Assembly (NCBI GenBank): GCA_964252035.1
Contig: OZ176216.1
Origin: Podarcis erhardii
Lineage: Eukaryota
Reading direction: 5' to 3' (one strand)
DNA length: 64,000 nt
Shown here in pieces: positions 61,897 through 64,000 of this stretch; within the stretch, counting starts at the first letter, position 1; every line of letters starts with the position of its first letter. The notes below the pieces were generated by a model. The model made no database searches, was not told the DNA's origin, and worked only from the letters and a program-made list of their open reading frames with translations. Both the position numbers and the translations under genes were made by a program.

Positions 61897-63600
61897 GTTT
61901 GTATAGAATTTCATTCATTTGGGGAAGCAAAAGGAAAGAAAAATGGCAGTAGCATCACATATTTAACGATGCACAGAAAGAGATCTGCATGCTATGTATG
62001 CCACTTAATGGTTGGCAATCAAACTTCACTCCATCCTTTTACTCAGTTCTAGAATTTTTGTCGACTTTGCTTCAGTTGTGAAGGGCACAATTTTCTTTTA
62101 GGGGCTGTTCCAGATCTGATCAAATGTCAATCAAAACCTTTTGTAGAGGCATGACAGCAGAGAGTGAAGTAGCTCATTAGATGTGCAGGGCAATCTTATT
62201 CATGTCTACTTGGAAGTAAGTCTTGAGCTTACTAAAAAGTACATTCCCTCTTAAGATGGGTGTGAATCAAAATTTAGCTGTATTCTTTAAAGATTAAATA
62301 AAGGACCCTAATAATTTGTGTTGATTTTTTCAAGGTTCTTCTTAACCCCAGAGATTTTGATGAAAAAGGTTTCAAACTGCATATTCTGTTGAAAGTTATT
62401 ATTAGCTAGGTATTTGACCTGAAAGAGATGCTTAAAATAAGGTGTGTGTGCTTGTGCATGAATGATACTTCATCCTCCTGAGAATCTTTTACTTTGCTTC
62501 TTCCAGAAATTTGTTTCTGACATTTGATGAGCTCTTTCATTAGCAATCTGATCCTAAATACCTCTTCAGTGCACCTATCTTATGCTGCATAAGCTTCATG
62601 TAGTTTATCATTTCAACTGAACTGAGAACTATTGTTAGATTTAACTATGGTTTCTCCAAACAATCCAAGATCCAATTGTGTTTTCTGATCCTGACTTGTT
62701 TGGATAAAACCATTGTTGGAATTAAATGAAAATCCTGGTTTGGATGAAACAATAAACAGTGGTTGGTTGAAAATGCTTTTGATTTGTTCTTTGTGGCTAT
62801 AACAGGAAGAGAGGGGAGAGCAGACCAAGTCAGGCTCACTAAATTACAACTTAGTGTTATGTCCGAACCTGGTCATTGTTTTCTACAAGGATTCCACAAA
62901 TGTATCTATGACTTAGATTTTTAGCACACTCTTTCTTGAAACAGACAGTCTTCTCAGGGCCCCTTCACACCTGTTTTTGAATCATCACCAAATGCAGATG
63001 TGCAAATTCTGCATTCCACCTAGAATGAACTCTCGCAATGAAACCTTGGTTTACATTATGTGTTGAAAGAGTTCCTACTGGTCTTAATGTTTAAATAAGA
63101 GGAGGAATGTCTTGCTGTTGCTCATAGGCATGTGGTGGCTTCTAAATATATACTTACATAGAGTTCACCACTTGAATGAGTTAGCCATCAACTCTCCCCT
63201 CCCCACCTTGGAAAATCCTACGTAACTAGTTGGCCTAAATACCTGTACATGGGGTTGATTTTTTGACAGTCTTGTAAAATTGCTGAAGTGCTTTTGCCTA
63301 GAAAATAGAAAGCCATCATTTCCTCCTCACTTTGTGAATCCACCTCAGTATAATGCGCCATATGCTAAGGCAGATGTCATAATGAATCATGGCTGGAAAT
63401 AACTCCCCATTTTATCAAAGAGAGTTTATCTTTCAGTGGTGACCTTTCTTGTCCAGGACTGGAGTAATTTGTGTGCAGGCTTTGTGTTAACATGCCAGTT
63501 CATAGGACAAAGTGCCTGATAAGCCAGCCTTAGCTCTCACTTGTCAGCAGTGCCAGCAGAATCATGCTCTGGGCTTTTGCCACACAAGCACTCCTTAAGG

Positions 63601-63737
63601 CAGCCTTCCCCAACCTGGTGCCCTCCATATGTTTTTGACAACAGCTCCCATCAGCCCCAGTCAGCACAGTCATGGGGCTTGTGGCTGATCAAAGCCGTAG
63701 TCAAAAACATATGGAGGGCACCAAATTGGGGGAGGTG
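63601..63737. mobile_element. Palindromic hAT-like MITE
   Basis: cagccttccccaacctggtgccctcca...tggagggcaccaaattggggga, with degenerate TIRs. Confidence 0.7.
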
Positions 63738-64000
63738 CTTTAAGATTTCACCATTTGGGCTCCTCACCTTGCTTCCAAATCATGCAGTAAGCAGAATAGT
63801 AGATTCCCCTTTGTCTCAGGAGAGAAAGTCCTGTTTCCTATTTGCATATGTTAATTCATCAAATCATGAATTAAAAATTGACCAGCATTGAGGCGCACCT
63901 AAAACTGTTTTAGATGCAATAGTTTAAAATCAGCAAGTAGGAACAATCAAGCCAGGATCAAAACAAATTGTGGGAGTAGTTTGCCTGGTATTTTGGATAG

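Noticed and set aside
61552-62052. 166-aa ORF overlapping the cassette exon in another frame (dual coding?)
   Set aside because: No recognisable protein; AT-rich flanks (KKIIIKYNLIL). The splice-compatible, MSI2-like frame is the other one.
41127-64000. Searched for the canonical next MSI2 exon (VLNSYSAQPNF.../GSNPARPGGFPGANSPGP...)
   Set aside because: Not found by eye on the + strand; most likely lies just beyond the window end.

Overview
Eukaryotic (vertebrate) genomic DNA, almost certainly a squamate reptile and probably a lacertid lizard, judged from Sauria-type SINEs, BovB, CR1/L2 and lacertid-style MITEs. The whole window is the 3' part of the Musashi-2 (MSI2) RNA-binding protein gene on the + strand. 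Three constitutive-type coding exons are clear: 287-401 (end of RRM2 plus linker), 14679-14753 and 41010-41069. The canonical downstream exon (GSNPARPGG...) was not found and probably lies beyond 64000. The main interest is a modular set of alternative C-terminal coding elements that the ORF track mostly misses: (i) an alternative terminal exon DYLPISQDIIFIN* (21391-21431); (ii) a 24-nt in-frame microexon ALLPYLNA(S) (38600-38623); (iii) a 57-nt alternative-5'SS extension encoding an RGG box (41070-41126); (iv) a 177-nt in-frame cassette exon rich in Ser-Pro (61720-61896); and, more weakly, (v) a candidate terminal exon with a polyA signal (46255-46412) and (vi) a candidate poison/terminal exon (15290 onward). 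Two dense clusters of UAG, the Musashi binding core, lie directly downstream of the microexon and of the candidate polyA site. This suggests, by inference only, that Musashi proteins regulate MSI2 pre-mRNA processing. The rest is intron containing TEs (some nested, several with clean TSDs), microsatellites, one near-consensus CTCF site and candidate enhancers. There is no CRISPR array, no genuine tRNA/rRNA gene and no second protein-coding gene. Matches to known proteins and repeat families are from memory, not from database searches.
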